From the human T2T-CHM13v2.0 reference genome, Homo sapiens, in NCBI RefSeq assembly GCF_009914755.1, contig NC_060925.1: a stretch of 64,000 bases of DNA. One strand, written 5' to 3'. The first letter of the stretch is position 1, and each line of letters opens with the position of its first letter. The position numbers and the translations under genes are program-made. Below, piece by piece: positions 1-12,425 of this stretch. Under the pieces are notes generated by a model. It was given only the letters and a program-made list of their open reading frames with translations, did no database searches and was not told the origin of the DNA.

Positions 1-182
1 ATATTTTTACATAACTAGAAGAGAGGATTTTGAACGTTCCCAACACAAAGAAATGATAAATATTTGAGGCGATAAATATGCTAATTACCCTAATTTGATT
101 ATTATGCATTGTATACAGGTATCAAAATATCACACTTTACTCTGTAAATATGTATGAGTATGTCATTTTTAAATTTAAAAAA
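1..182 (+). mobile_element. L1MA-type LINE-1 3' end (truncated by window start)
   Basis: 'gaagagaggattttgaacgttcccaacacaaagaaatgataaat...gctaattaccctaatttgattatt...' matches the L1MA 3' UTR and ends in an A-rich tail. Confidence 0.8.
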
Positions 183-196
183 ATTATACAGTATGC

Positions 197-214
197 TGCC
201 ACCAGGTGGTGATA
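197..214 (+). promoter_or_regulatory. Candidate CTCF motif
   Basis: TGCCACCAGGTGGTGATA; core CCACCAGGTGGTG (199-211) vs CTCF consensus CCASYAGRKGGCR, one mismatch. Confidence 0.5.
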
Positions 215-402
215 GCGGCAGCCTTTAATGGACAGTCTCATTGAACTGCTAGAAACATAGTTAAGACCTAGAGTTTCTGTCTAGCACATTACATTTATAA
301 GAATAACTTTTTAAGATTTTGTTTTAAAACATAAGCTTTCTAGTGAAATCAAATGCTGGATGTTAAGAACATGCACTTAATAAGAAGATGAAGAGAGGAG
401 TG

Positions 403-590
403 AATATTTACTGAGCACTTACTATATGATTTTATATACATTATTTTATTTAACCTTCATGAAACTCTATCAATATACCTTAATGTCCTCAGTTTAAAGA
501 CCCTAACTTCTTTGTCCAGGGTTACATAGCAATGATATACCAGAGTTCAAACTGCCTGTATGTAAAGCCTGTATGGCTGTTACTATGCCT
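403..590 (-). mobile_element. MIR SINE
   Basis: 'atttactgagcacttactatatg...ttgtccagggttacatagc...gagttcaaac' is the reverse complement of the MIR core and 3' end. Confidence 0.65.
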
Positions 591-1116
591 ATATTTTGTG
601 ACTTTCTATCAATAAATAAAGCATGAATTCAGATTTAGTTAATATTTATGCATCTACTGTACCAAGTACTATGCTAAGTAATTATCACAAATGTGAGTAC
701 AATTTGGACTTCTTTCTATTAACCCTAATCGGTGTCTAACATTGTTTAATATAAAGTTGATCTTCCCTTAACTTGATAAGGCTTCTCTTTCTCTCAACCA
801 TGTTCTCCATCTGTCTCTCTGTCTCTCTCTTTCTTCTCCCTACCTCCTTAAAACTGAAACCTCCATAAGCTGCTACATGGTTTGGGGGTTTCAGTGGAAG
901 ACTTATTGTCAAGAATTCCTGCAGAAATAAGTCTACAGCTTTCTGGTTTGCAGATTTTCCTGTGTCAGTCTCAGAAACAATATTTCTTGACTTAGGGTAA
1001 TAGACACTAATTGGGTGGCAGCCTTGCCCATACAGATCCCCTGAACTTCCTGTGGGACGGAAATTCTGTCTGCTTATTCTCCATTATATTGTTAGCTCTT
1101 CAAAATGCTTCTGATG

Positions 1117-1237
1117 GGCCAGGCACAGTGGCTCACGCCTGTAATCCCAGCACTTTGGGAGGCCAAGGCAGGTGGATCACCTGAGGTCAGGAGTTAGAGA
1201 CCAGTCTGAAAAACATGGTGAAACCCTGTCTCTAAAA
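1117..1237 (+). mobile_element. Alu left monomer (AluS-like, truncated)
   Basis: GGCCAGGCACAGTGGCTCACGCCTGTAATCCCAGCACTTTGGGAGG...GGATCACCTGAGGTCAGGAG...AAACCCTGTCTCTAAAA; right arm absent. Confidence 0.92.
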
Positions 1238-1610
1238 AGGTATTTTTTAACTGGCTTTGATATACATCTGTCCTCTACTCTTACCCCTGCCCCGCAAAAT
1301 TAGCTATAGCTATTGATCCAGAAGCTTTTAAATCCGAAGCCAGGCCAATCAGATCTTCTCTACTTCAAATCTGAAACTTTGATAGAAATTATAAGGATGA
1401 GAAGCATGGTTGCTCTGACAGTGGCTCCCTGTAGAGCTGGGGTCCTAACTCTTCTGGCCTACTCTAGTTGCTAGTGCTCCTGGGCCTTTTCATCTCTTCC
1501 TTTAGTTTTGAACTGCGTTAGTATTCTGACAATGTGGTTTCTCTTTCACTTAACCTTCATGGGGTTAATTTACCAATACATTTAAGCTGTCAGATGTAGT
1601 GGACAACTCA

Positions 1611-1790
1611 CTCCATTCCCTCCCACCCTCCCTCCCTCCCTCCGTCCCTCCCTTCCTCCCTTCCTTCCTTCCTTCCTTCCTTCCTTCCTTCCTTCCTTCC
1701 TTCCCCTTCTTCTCCATCTCCCCCTTCTCCTTCTCCATTTCCTCCTCCTCCTTCTCCATCTGCTCCTCTCATCCATCCCTCTCTCATCCT
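1611..1790. repeat. (CCCT/CCTT)n polypyrimidine simple repeat
   Basis: Directly visible; explains the ORFs at 1565-1805. Confidence 0.95.
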
Positions 1791-2972
1791 TGTCCTATTC
1801 TTTAGCCTCCTTTGCTCCTAGTGCATTGAGAACAATATATCTCTTGCTTATATTCTGCCTGAATCCATACAGTAGCTCAGGGCTTCTTTATGTCCTAACA
1901 TAAAATTCTCCAAGGTTCTTCGTGTTTCCCCTTCATGTTAAGTTTTACTTTCTTTCAAAGAAGAAGAGTATGTTCTGCCTGCTGATATGTATCTTCAGAG
2001 GCATCACTGTTCAGGGGTTTTTGACTTTTATATTTATTTATTCTCTTTATTGTGACGATGATCATCAGGCTCCAATATTTATAACTTGTCTCTATAACAG
2101 AACTCCTCAAAATTGATTTGTAAAACAGCTAGGAAACATTGTAGAACATTTGTTTTTACCAGAAGTATAAATAGTTTTCTCAACATTAAAATGGTGTCTT
2201 CAAGGTTTGGAAAGGATACACACACAAATTTGTTAATTTGTTTGACTGAGAGTTAGAAAAGTAGAATTTTTTTTCACGAAATAAGGGTAGAGTTGAAGGT
2301 GATTAAAATAAAGCTACAGGAACTGAATTCAATTCAAGTGCCAGTATTTCTCCAAAGTCAAGAAAAGGGTATAGATGTAGCAATGGGAAAGCCTGTGCCT
2401 AAGTTATGTGCCTCACACAATGTACGGACGAATCACCACATCTATAGAGAGATTTACATTCACCATAGCATTTTATATCTTGAGGAAATATCTATGCATG
2501 CAAATATTTGAGCTGCTTGCCTTCAATGAATCAGTAGCCAATTACACATATTTAATGGGCAATTAAAAAACTAGTCATTTCCTACAAGATGGTCATGAAG
2601 AAAAGAAAATCTTGTGCCCTTACTCTTGACATTATTACCATCTCTCCTCCCTTTCTTAATCTTAATTTTGTAGCAAGAATGACAGGGAAATCCAGGAGAG
2701 TCTTTAAAGCACTTGAAAGCCCAGAGCATTTATGTGGGAGTTGGTGAGACTATGGGACATGGGACTATGAAAAGCTGCCCTGTGTACCCATCCAGGTTTA
2801 CTCTGGACTTTGGATCTTATGAACACGAGATTGTGACCTGCAAATAAGAGCAGGCCTGCATGCGGAGGGAGCACTGAAGCAAGACTGACATCAGAAGTGA
2901 TGGAAAGGAAGAGACACCAGGGCCTGGCTATTCCTTTTGTGCCCAAGTCACTCCCAGCCATTTCTGTCTGTC

Positions 2973-3606
2973 TTTTATTAAATAAAAATTGTGTATATTC
3001 ATGGTGTACAGCATGATGTCTTGATACACATATGCATAATGAAATGATTACTAGACTCATGCTAATTAACATATTCATCTCCTTACATAGTTATCATCTT
3101 TTGTGTGTGTGTGGTGAGAGCACCTGAAATCTCTCTTAGTAAATTTCCAGTATAAAATACCTTATTATTAACTATAGTGATCAGGCTGTACATTTACATC
3201 TCTAGACCATTAATCCTACCTAACTATGATGTATATACACAAGTTAAGTATCCCTTATCCAAAATGCTTAGGACCAGAAGTGTTTTGGATTTTTACCTTT
3301 CTTTCAGATTTTGAAATATTTGCGTTATATTTACTGGTTGAGCACACCAAATCTGAAAATCTGAAACCCAGAGTGCTCCAATGAGCATTTCCTTTGAATG
3401 TCATATTGGTACTCCAAAAATTTTGGACTTTGGAGCATTTTGGGTTTTCATATTTGGGATGCTTAACTTGTATATATAAAATGGGCAATTATTCAGCCTT
3501 AATAAAAAAGAAGATTCTGTCTTTTGTGACAACATGGATGAAACTGGAGAACATTATGCTAAGTGAAATAAGCCAGATGCAAAAGGTAAAATATTATATA
3601 ATCTCA
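2973..3606 (-). mobile_element. L1MA9-like 3' end with inverted upstream segment (about 3226-3606 on +), interrupted by Tigger4a
   Basis: 2973-3225 is antisense L1MA 3' UTR ('tttattaaataaaaattgtgtatattcatggtgtacagcatgatg...'); 3471-3606 is sense L1 ('attcagccttaataaaaaagaagattctgtcttttgtgacaacatggatgaaactggagaacattatgctaagtgaaataagccag'). Confidence 0.75.
3240..3470 (+). mobile_element. Tigger4a (MER46A) non-autonomous TcMar-Tigger DNA transposon
   Basis: TIRs CAAGTTAAGTATCCC ... GGGATGCTTAACTTG; internal 'ccaaaatgcttaggaccagaagtg', 'gctccaatgagcatttcctttga'; TA-rich flanks. Confidence 0.9.
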
Positions 3607-3989
3607 GAAGTTTTTAATAGCCTTTCTAGAGAAGTACAGACTCCTGCATTTTCCCAGGACAAGACAAACATGCATAAGAAAGTAGGGTTAGATATTCAGA
3701 TAGGAATCTGTTTAATGATGTGAACTCAGGAGCCCATGATAGGGTAATGGAAATCTAACCCATCTCTGTTAGGGAATTTTGCCAGCCTCTAAGGTGTGCT
3801 TTCTGACCCTTTTAAATGTACCTCTACCAGAAATAGAGGACAATCCTTAATGATCCTTCAAAGCATAAAGGAGATTCCTTTCCCTCACTTCCTCTAGGTA
3901 GAGTGAGTAACTCCAGGTATGAGTTCCCATAGCCCTTTTACACAACTCTACTGTATTTTATCCCTTAAAATATTTTTTCTTTTCTTCTT

Positions 3990-4500
3990 TTCATTTCATC
4001 TCATTCACTGATTCATTCAAGCATAATTTGGGCCTCTAACATGCGTCTTCAGTGTGATGGGGGCCTCGTGGATGGCAAATACAGATATCACTAGGAAACA
4101 TTTCCTGGACCCCAAAGGTCACAGCCTCTGGAAGCAAACATGCAGGTAAGAAAATGATTAAAGCAAGGAGATCGGTTTCACTGGACAAGGCGCTGGGAGC
4201 ACACAGGGGAGGAAGAAACTTTCTGAGAAGGTTGGTGAAGGTTCCAGTGGAGATGAGTTGTGAAGGGTGAGAATAATTATTAAGTGAATAATGACCACAG
4301 AATGAGAGTGGGGACAAGCCTAAAAGTTCAGAGATGAATATGTACACATTGTGCTGTAGGAGACTTCTGGAGTCTCCTCTGGTCTGGGGTGACATACGTG
4401 ACTTATGGGAAAGCCGGAGGGGAGGAGGCTCTGGAAGCAAATGGGGCCAGATCCCAAGCTTCTAACATATCTTGTTAAGGGACAAGGTTCTTGTTCCGAA
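3990..4500 (-). mobile_element. L2 LINE fragment
   Basis: (TTCA)n-like L2 tail 'ttcatttcatctcattcactgattcattcaa' followed by purine-rich degenerate L2 sequence. Confidence 0.55.
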
Positions 4501-6009
4501 GTCAGAGACTGTCAACCTAAGACAGAACAGCTAAGATGCTCCTGCAGGGTTCCACGGGAGGGATGAAGAAGGCTGACAAAAGAGGTGGTAGCAAAGAAGG
4601 GGAGGTGGGATCCACTCAAGAGGGGGTGAAATTTTCAAGAATTTGTCATACCAGGTTTACCTGAAGCTCTCTCTGGGTTCTGTAAACCTGAGAGTGGTGC
4701 TGGTCTGCGTGGATTTCTTATCCTAGCGCCTTCCTCTGTGTATGGCAGGGCGTAGGTATACAATCTACACCTACTGGGCAAATGAGTGAATGGACAACTC
4801 ACGGTCTTAGCAAAAAGAGTTTATCTACCTGGTTCTCTTTGGGAATGGGTTCTAATAAAAAAGAGAGGAAAAGGGAGAGAATGAGGGTAATAAAATACAC
4901 GTTTAATTTGAGGCCATATAGTGAGGGATGGGAATGACCCCCCAAGTAACGATGCCATTGCCTCATCCCACAAGCAGCTTCTCCTAAAACGGTCTAATAT
5001 GGGCTTACCTTTGGAGGTATTTGACCCACTGCCCACACCTCTCCCTCGTTTGAGCTGCCCTATCTCCTCAGAAACTCTCCTCCTCCTATCAACAAAGGGA
5101 TACCAGTTAGGGCCAACCACCCAGCCCCACCTTCTTAACACAGCACTTAAAAGTCAAATGTTTAAAAGACATTTTCATGGAGCCTAATAGCACATAGAAA
5201 GTACTTGATAAATGGCAACCCTTATTTTTCTCTGTAACTTGAACCAGCTCATTACCTAAAAGTCTCTAGGTCTCTGCTTTCCATGGGAACAAGAAATCCT
5301 TCCATGTGTATAAATGAGATTAGTCTTCTGAGTAGCATCTTTGTATTTGGAATGAAGTCTTTCTAGAAATACAATGACTTAAACCAAGGAATGAGTCTAA
5401 TACCGGAATGTTCCGCTGTGGAGGGAGAGAGGCAGGGGAAGCATTCTGGAGCCAAATGCATTTTAGCTTTTTTTTACATTGTACCTACAGAGATGTTTCC
5501 CTACTCAGCTGATGAGGCCTGGCCCCAGAAAGACCATATCGCTTTGGTTTCTGTCCCTTCATAAGGACCATCCAGAATGGCTTCAATATGTTTTCCATGT
5601 GTGGAAGTGGTTGTAACTTTCAAAAGATGTCTTGGTGGGGGATGGGTTTGGACAGTAGGAAAGGGGCTGAGGGGATGAAGCAACCAGAGAAGAACTTTGG
5701 CACAGAACAACCCAGAGAGAAGAATGAGGCAAAGCCAAAATGAAATGTACTTCTTTGCTCCATCTTTGCTCCATTTCTTGCTCAGAGCTTATACACTGTC
5801 TAATTCTGTTTGCAGGGCATTATAACCACACACACACACAAAAACACATTTATTTCTACATTGCTCTCTTCCCTCTCCCTCCCAGGCATTTATTGTTTCC
5901 TAACGGGTACTTTGCTAGGCCCTGTGGACATAAAGACACTGAAGAAACAGCCTCTGGTTATGGAACTCATTGACTGGTAGGAAAAGAAAGATGAGTAGAA
6001 AATATTGGG

Positions 6010-6225
6010 ATAATCATAGCAAACACTTCAATTCCCCTTACTATGCACCATTCTAAACATAGTACATTTATTCACTCATTCAATGCTTACAACACTATGA
6101 AGTAGATAGTGTTTTTCAATACTCCCATTTTGAAAATGGGAGGACTAATGCACAGAACAATTAAGCCACTCACCTAAGGTCACACATCTAGTAAATGGTC
6201 AGGCTGGGATTCAATCCCAGGCCTC
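6010..6225 (-). mobile_element. MIR SINE (within L2 fragments at about 5884-6600)
   Basis: 'cccattttgaaaatgggagg...ctaaggtcacacatctagtaaatggtcaggctgggattcaatcccagg'. Confidence 0.8.
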
Positions 6226-6779
6226 TTAGCTGCACCCTGGAGCACTTCCTCTACCCATGATGCTATTGTGCCACAGAAGAGAGTATCAGCCCTGTCACCT
6301 CTGGGAAAGTTTCTTAGAAGAGATGGTGCCTGAATTTTGAAAATGAATATGATTTGCTCAGGCAAAGTAAGAAGGGGCCTGGTAAGTTGCAAAGAGGATT
6401 CCGGTTAAAGACAATGTCAAAGCTTGCAGGTGTGAGGGCATGGCTTGCACAGAGACTCACAAGCAGCATAAGATCACTGGGAAGGATGCAGCGTATTGTG
6501 GTAAACCCAGAAGCTGGAGAGGTAGTTGGGAGCCAGATCCCAAAGCGTCTTCTATTTCAAGCTAGGAAATGTGGACTTAATTCTAAAAGCTATGAGACAC
6601 CTCTCACAAGCTCAAGGATTAGTAGACTTGAATTATAGATGCCGCAACTCTCATTCATGTGCATTTCTGAAAACCATATTGTGAAGTATGATGACTCCAA
6701 AGAGAGCAGCCATGCCTTGCTGACCATTCTCTCGCTCTCCACTCTAGACCTGCCCTCAAACACGAAGATAGTCTTTTGC

Positions 6780-7000
6780 TCATTCATTCATTTATGCAAC
6801 ATTTATTTAACAAATATTTATTAAACGCCTATTATGTGTTAGGAACTGTGCTAAGTGCTGACATTGCAAATATAAAAATGAAACACAGACCCTGCCCTGA
6901 GAGGGACAGTGTTTATTGGGGAATTGAAAATATAAACACATAGCTTCAAAACAATAGGCAAAATGCTATTTAGTGGGCATATTCGGAGTTCAGATGATGA
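6780..7000 (-). mobile_element. L2a 3' end
   Basis: 'cattcattcattt...aacaaatatttattaaacgcctattatgtgttaggaactgtgctaagtgctg'. Confidence 0.8.
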
Positions 7001-7024
7001 ATGACAGAACAGGCAGCAGATCTT

Positions 7025-7230
7025 CATGTTTAAGCACACAGACGCTGGAGCCATGCTGCTCTGGATTCACATCCCAGCTCTGCCACGTGATACCTGTATG
7101 ACACTCGGCTAGTTGTTTCATTGCTCTGTCTCAGTTTCCTCATCCAACAAATGCAGATTATAATATTAACTATCTCATAGGGTTGTTACAAACATTAAGT
7201 GAGTCAACATTTTAAAGTTTCTTAGTACAC
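7025..7230 (+). mobile_element. MIR SINE
   Basis: 'ctggagcc...cccagctctgccac...ctcagtttcctcatc...ctcatagggttgtt'. Confidence 0.85.
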
Positions 7231-8261
7231 TACACAAATAAAAACTCTGAAGTGACCGTGTTCCCCAGTAGATGTCACTACTACATAGCTAGTTAGGTGA
7301 GATAATATCTGAGTTCAGGCTGACCACATTAACCATTCCATAAGAAAACTGATACATAAATGGCTTTCTTCCCAAAATACAAAATATAGCAGAAGGTAGG
7401 TTGTGAAATAAATAAGAGTGAGGGGTGATGATCACCTGTTTATAAAAAGCTCTTGTAAATCTCCAGACCCACTTGGAAGTTTTAAACTTTCCCCATATTG
7501 GCTCTCTGATGGAAGCCATTTTCTCCCTGCTTTCTAAAAACCCTGGATTTGATTCCTTCAACTCAGGCCTTATCAGGGAGCACCTACTCCTTTCTAAGAT
7601 GTGCAAGTCGTTTCTGAGAAAGCACGTGAATAATAATTGACAGAAGCCACCGAGGCCTAACTCTTAGAGGAACTGAAATGGGAAATTGGGACACAGTGGC
7701 ATAAGGAGGAACTTTGTGAAGCAGCAGGAGGTAACTTAACTTGGGCTAGCTTTATGACAGCTGAGGCTGAGCCTACAGCTTTATTTTCCATCAGCTGACA
7801 AAGGTGAAAGTTCAGTATTTCTGATTTTGCTCCATGACTTCTGTAGATCTCAGCTTAGGTACAGCATTGGGTGAAGGTGTTTTTTTTTTTTTTTTTTTCT
7901 GGTTCTTGATTCTGACATGACCAGCTTTTGAGGTAAAATGAGTAGGCTAAGATCACAAGGGTAATCATGCACTCATTTACTTGCCAGGTTTTTAAGAAAA
8001 ATCTCTTTTGGTCCAGGCTTTGTGTGAGGTGAAAGGACGTGGAGATGCATGGCCCATTTCTTCAAGCATTTTACCGTCTGGACTTCCGTGGGAGAGAGAG
8101 ACATGTAAACATATCAGTAAAATGCAACCTTTTAAATATGATTTAATAAATGTCAACAAAGTTTGTAAAGAAGAAATTGAGAGGATGACATGTGACCTTT
8201 GTATTGAAGGATTAATAAGAGTTTGCCATGCGGAGTAATGAGAGAACATTCCAGATAGAAA

Positions 8262-9041
8262 TGTTACCATTTAATTCAATTCTGACACTAACTGCCTGAA
8301 GTGAGTTGAAACTCCGCAGGTTAAGGGTTCAGACCCACAAGACTGCCCCCTACTTCAGAAGCGAATCATAAGTAGAGGTTCCCCAGGTTGCCATGATTTT
8401 ATATGTCTTGGCTGCAAATCAGGAGTCCCCACAATCACCTTCTCAGTTTCAATAATTTGCTGTAAATGACTCTCAGAACTCAGGGAAACACTTTGCTTAC
8501 ATCTACCAGTTTATTATAAAGGATACAAATGAACATCCAGGTAAAGAGGTACATAGGGTGAGGTCAGGAAGAGTCTAGAGCAAGGAGCTTCTGTTCCTTT
8601 GCAGTTTGGGGTGTGCTATTCCCCTCCCTGGCATATAGATTCCTTTACCAACCCAGAACCTCTCTAAACCCCATGGTTTAGGGTTTTTATGAAGGTTCTA
8701 TTGTATAGGAATGATTGATTAAATTATTGGCCATTGGTGATTCGCTCAATCTTCAGCCCCTCTACCCTTCCCTGGAGGTTAGGGGCTGAAGTTTCAACCC
8801 TCTAGTCACACTGCTGATTCCTCTGGCAACCAGCTCTCATCCTAAAACTATCTAGGGGCTTCCAGCCATCAGTTATCTCGTTAACATAAACTCAGGTATG
8901 GTTGAAAGGAGCTTGTTATGAATAACAAAAGATGCTCCTCTTACCTCTATCACTTAGAAATTTTGAGGGTTTTAGGAGCTCTGTGCCAGAAACTGCAGAA
9001 GAAAATCAAATATATATTTCTTATTATATCACAATATTACA
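8262..9041 (-). mobile_element. MER21 (B/C) solo LTR inserted in an L2 fragment
   Basis: Right end is the reverse complement of the MER21 start (TGTAATATTGTGATATAATAAGAAATATATATTTG...GGCACAGAGCTCCTAAAAC); internal 'caattctgacacta', 'ccagtttattataaaggata'. Confidence 0.85.
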
Positions 9042-9129
9042 GAGGGTAATTTTGGGTACATAGCACAGTTTGCTCTGACCCTTGTGAAGGATGGCTCTGG
9101 TAATAACTATCAGCCTTAACACGCACTAG

Positions 9130-9410
9130 CTAATGATGTTAATAATTGCTAATCTTGTTGAGTGCTATCTGTCAAGCACTGTGCTAAATGCTTTCTGTGT
9201 ATTACCTCATCTAATCCTCATAATCCTATAAAGAAGGCAGGATAGAATCAGACTCTGGAGCAAAGCTTGGGCTTCAGCCATCTGGAGCCAGACTGCCTGG
9301 GTTTACACACTGACTCTTCCTTATTGACTGTGTGACTTTGGAAAATTGCTCAATCTTATTTGTGCCTTAGTGTTTCCATCTATAAAATGGGGATAAAAGC
9401 ACCTACCTTT
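9130..9410. mobile_element. Two adjacent MIRs in opposite orientation (- 9130-9240, + 9240-9410)
   Basis: 'tgagtgctatctgtcaagcactgtgctaaatgcttt' then 'ctggagccagactgcctgggttt...tataaaatggggataa'. Confidence 0.75.
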
Positions 9411-10244
9411 GGCATATGAGTTTATTTTTGGAGAGGGCAACTCAAGAGTTAACCTGGGCTGCAAGCTGCCTTAGGCATGCAGAGCCCAGAATGATTTGAA
9501 AACCCTGCTCTGTATCCACCCATTCCTCTCTGTGAATGAATTCAAGAAATTCAACAGGTACAAGCAATCACCGGAAAGCTATTTGTTGTGATTGGAAAAC
9601 ACTCAAAGAAATGGAGTGCTTCATAGATGATTTAATATTTTAAAGGTGGCACATGTGAATGAGTAAGCTCAGGGTATATGAGCGAGTTTACATTCCACAT
9701 CAAGGTTTTACTTAAAGTTTACATTTTGTTTAAATGAGAAGTAAGATCAATGTAATATGGCTTAAACCTTTCTCAGAAATTTATGGCTTCTTTTAATAAA
9801 CCTCATAAAAGACACTATTAAACATATGCAGCGTTCTTAATGTAATGGTTCCATTCTTGAAATATATAGTATTTAGATTGCATCTAAAATGCTGTAAAAG
9901 TATCACAAAGGCTGTAAAAATATTGTTAACGGGAAGAAATCTTTTAGGGGGATAAATATTTTCTTGGAAAAGGAAAAAGCTGTGAACCTTTTAGGCAGGG
10001 AATGGCTTGGTTTTGAAAAATAACAATTTGCCTTTTTTATGTTCTTTCTGTGGTTCTACTTCAGCCAATTATTAGATTAAAGCAAGCTGTTGCTACGTGC
10101 CCTAGAAACTCAGACGGATTTGATGTTGCACCCTAAGTTTGTGAGGACAAGTTCCATTTAAAGCTTTAATGAGGTCAAGGGAATAAAGAAGGAGGCTGGC
10201 TGAGTCTTTTGTGTTATTTTAGGACTGTATCTTAGAATTACGAG

Positions 10245-10470
10245 GCTTGCATAATGCCATGGAAAGAACACAGAAGTTGAAGTTAAAAGCCCTCCGTTTG
10301 AGACCTGGCTCTGCCATTTACTAGCTTTGTGACCTGGGCATAATCACTCAAATGCTCTGAGGCTCGGTTTCTTGAATCTGGAAAACAGGGTTAAGAATAC
10401 CTGCTGTAGCCACTTTGTAAGGATATTGTGGGGTCAAATGAGATAATGCATGAGAAAGTGCTTTGAGAGC
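10245..10470 (+). mobile_element. MIRb SINE
   Basis: 'ctggctctgccatttactagctttgtgacctgggca...ctctgaggctcggtttc...aaatgagataatgcatgagaaagtgcttt'. Confidence 0.85.
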
Positions 10471-11382
10471 CAGAGAGGCATAAAGTGCACATGGACTTTA
10501 TTTATTTGACAAACATTTATTAAACACTTATTATGTGCACACACAGAACATTAGTGAGCCAGAGTGAATGTGCAGAGCTCACTCGGGTCAACCCTGCTGT
10601 TTTCCCCTTCCTTTTGTCCTCCCTGTATTTTGGCTGAGCCACTTATAAACCATTTTACACAGATGAGGGTCTATTCTATTATTCAAGAGAAATGTTGGCA
10701 CCCTTTTTTGGTGACCTGTTTCCCTCTCTATAGATGGCTATCTTCAGAAAAAAATTTATTAAGTATAACTTAAGACATATATAGTGTGAATAATAAATAG
10801 AGAAGCACCCCGTGCTACAGTTGGAAAGAACACTTGAGTCCAACCTCTTTACAACACAGATGGGAAACAAAGGTTCACAAACGGGAGATGGTATGCCCTG
10901 CCAAATTAACTTCTCATATGCTTTAGAGAGAGATGGAAATATACGCCACACTACTATACACAAATATCAATTCAATGAGAAAAGTAACACATCTGCCTAC
11001 TGCACAGACTTATACTGTCGAGCATAACTTCACAAAACGTCATACCTTAGTCTTCCCCAGAAGGACAGTCTTAAATCAACATGGACAATCAATGAACAAC
11101 TGAGATAAAATATTGAAGGTTGAATGAAGAGAAAACTCTAGCTCACGTGGCTTTTCTTATTTAGCTCCTATTAAAAGATGAAAAGATATTTAGCATTTTC
11201 CGTTGGATGAGGTACATTTAAAGAAGATTTATCAATTTAGTAGACTATACAATGTTAGGTGCTGATGGCCATTAAGCCATTTGAGTTAATTTTTCTGAGA
11301 TGTACATCATTTTTAAAAATTTTATCTTCACAGCACAGCTTTTATTAATAAATCTCAGAGAACTTTGCAAATATCTAGGGAT

Positions 11383-11986
11383 GCATGTTCTCACTTATAA
11401 GTGGGAGCTGAACAATGAGAATACATGGACACAGGTGAGACAGCCAGATGGGAAGGGCTTCCAGGCAGAGCCCCCCACCAACCTGAGCTGGGGTGGAGGC
11501 ACAGAAATTCACGCCATTTGCAGTGGGGAGGAGCCTGGCCCTTCCCCTTCCTGGGTGGAACCTGGGATTAGAACTGTGAGGTGGGAAGCCTGTACTAGGA
11601 GGACTCTAGCTCCGCTGAGCTCCTGTTCCCCCTTTTTACCTTTATGCCTAATAAACCCTGCCCTGCTCACCCTTCAAAACAGTTTGCACGCCTAAATCTT
11701 TATGGCTGTGTGATAAGAACCCCGTCTTTAGCTGAACTAAGGAAAAGTCCTGCAACACAGGCAGGGGAACAACACACACTGGGGCCTGTCGGGGGAGGGT
11801 GGTGGGGGAGCGGAGAGCATTAGGGAAAAGAGCTAATGTATGCCGGGCTTAATACCTGGGTGATGGGTTGATAGGTGCAGCAAACCACTGTGACACACGT
11901 TTACCTATGTAACAAACCTGCACATCTTGCACATGCATCTGGGAACTTAAAAAAAATAAAATAAAAACTAATTTAAAAAATCCCCA
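11383..11986 (+). mobile_element. 5'-truncated L1PA (about PA8-13) 3' end, split by a MER61 LTR
   Basis: 'gcatgttctcacttataagtgggagctgaacaatgagaa...ggggaacaacacacactggggcctgtc...ttacctatgtaacaaacctgcac', A tail; 15-bp TSD CAAATATCTAG(G/C)GAT at 11368-11382 and 11987-12001. Confidence 0.92.
11436..11757 (+). mobile_element. MER61-type ERV1 solo LTR
   Basis: TG...CA termini (TGAGACAGCCAG ... GGAAAAGTCCTGCAACA), internal AATAAA, 4-bp TSD CAGG at 11432-11435 and 11758-11761. Confidence 0.88.
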
Positions 11987-12199
11987 CAAATATCTAGCGA
12001 TAATCTCTGGGGCAAGGTGGGCACAACTGCATAAAATTAACCATGTTTTAAAGATAGGGTAACTAAAATCTATGAAAATGTTATGACTTGACTGCTGTGA
12101 TATCCAGAGTGCATAAATAGGGAGAAAAGAAGGTTCCTGGGCTAACAGATTCCAACAGCACTGCTCTAAATTTGTGGAATTCCTTATCCTGCTGTTGCA

Positions 12200-12425
12200 C
12201 AATAATTGAAAGCATAGTCCTTAGAGCCAGGTTCATTGGTTTGAACCCTGGTTCCTCTACTTATCATTTGTACCATTATTGTTTAGTTGCTTAACTTTCT
12301 GCACCATATCTATCAAATGAAGATAACATGTTTCATATGAACGTTTTATTCCAAAACATGTAAACATCTTACTATAGTGCTAACACATAGTATTTGCTCA
12401 GTAAGTTAACTATCATTATTATTTG
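12200..12425 (+). mobile_element. MIR SINE
   Basis: 'tagagccagg...ggtttgaaccctggttcctctacttatc...acacatagtatttgctcagtaagttaactat'. Confidence 0.7.

Noticed and set aside
1320-1560. LTR16/LTR33-like 'ggccaatcaga' segment
   Set aside because: Too diverged to support by eye.
1565-1805. Low-complexity ORFs (KEGR / PSFL repeats)
   Set aside because: Translations of the (CCTT)n microsatellite.
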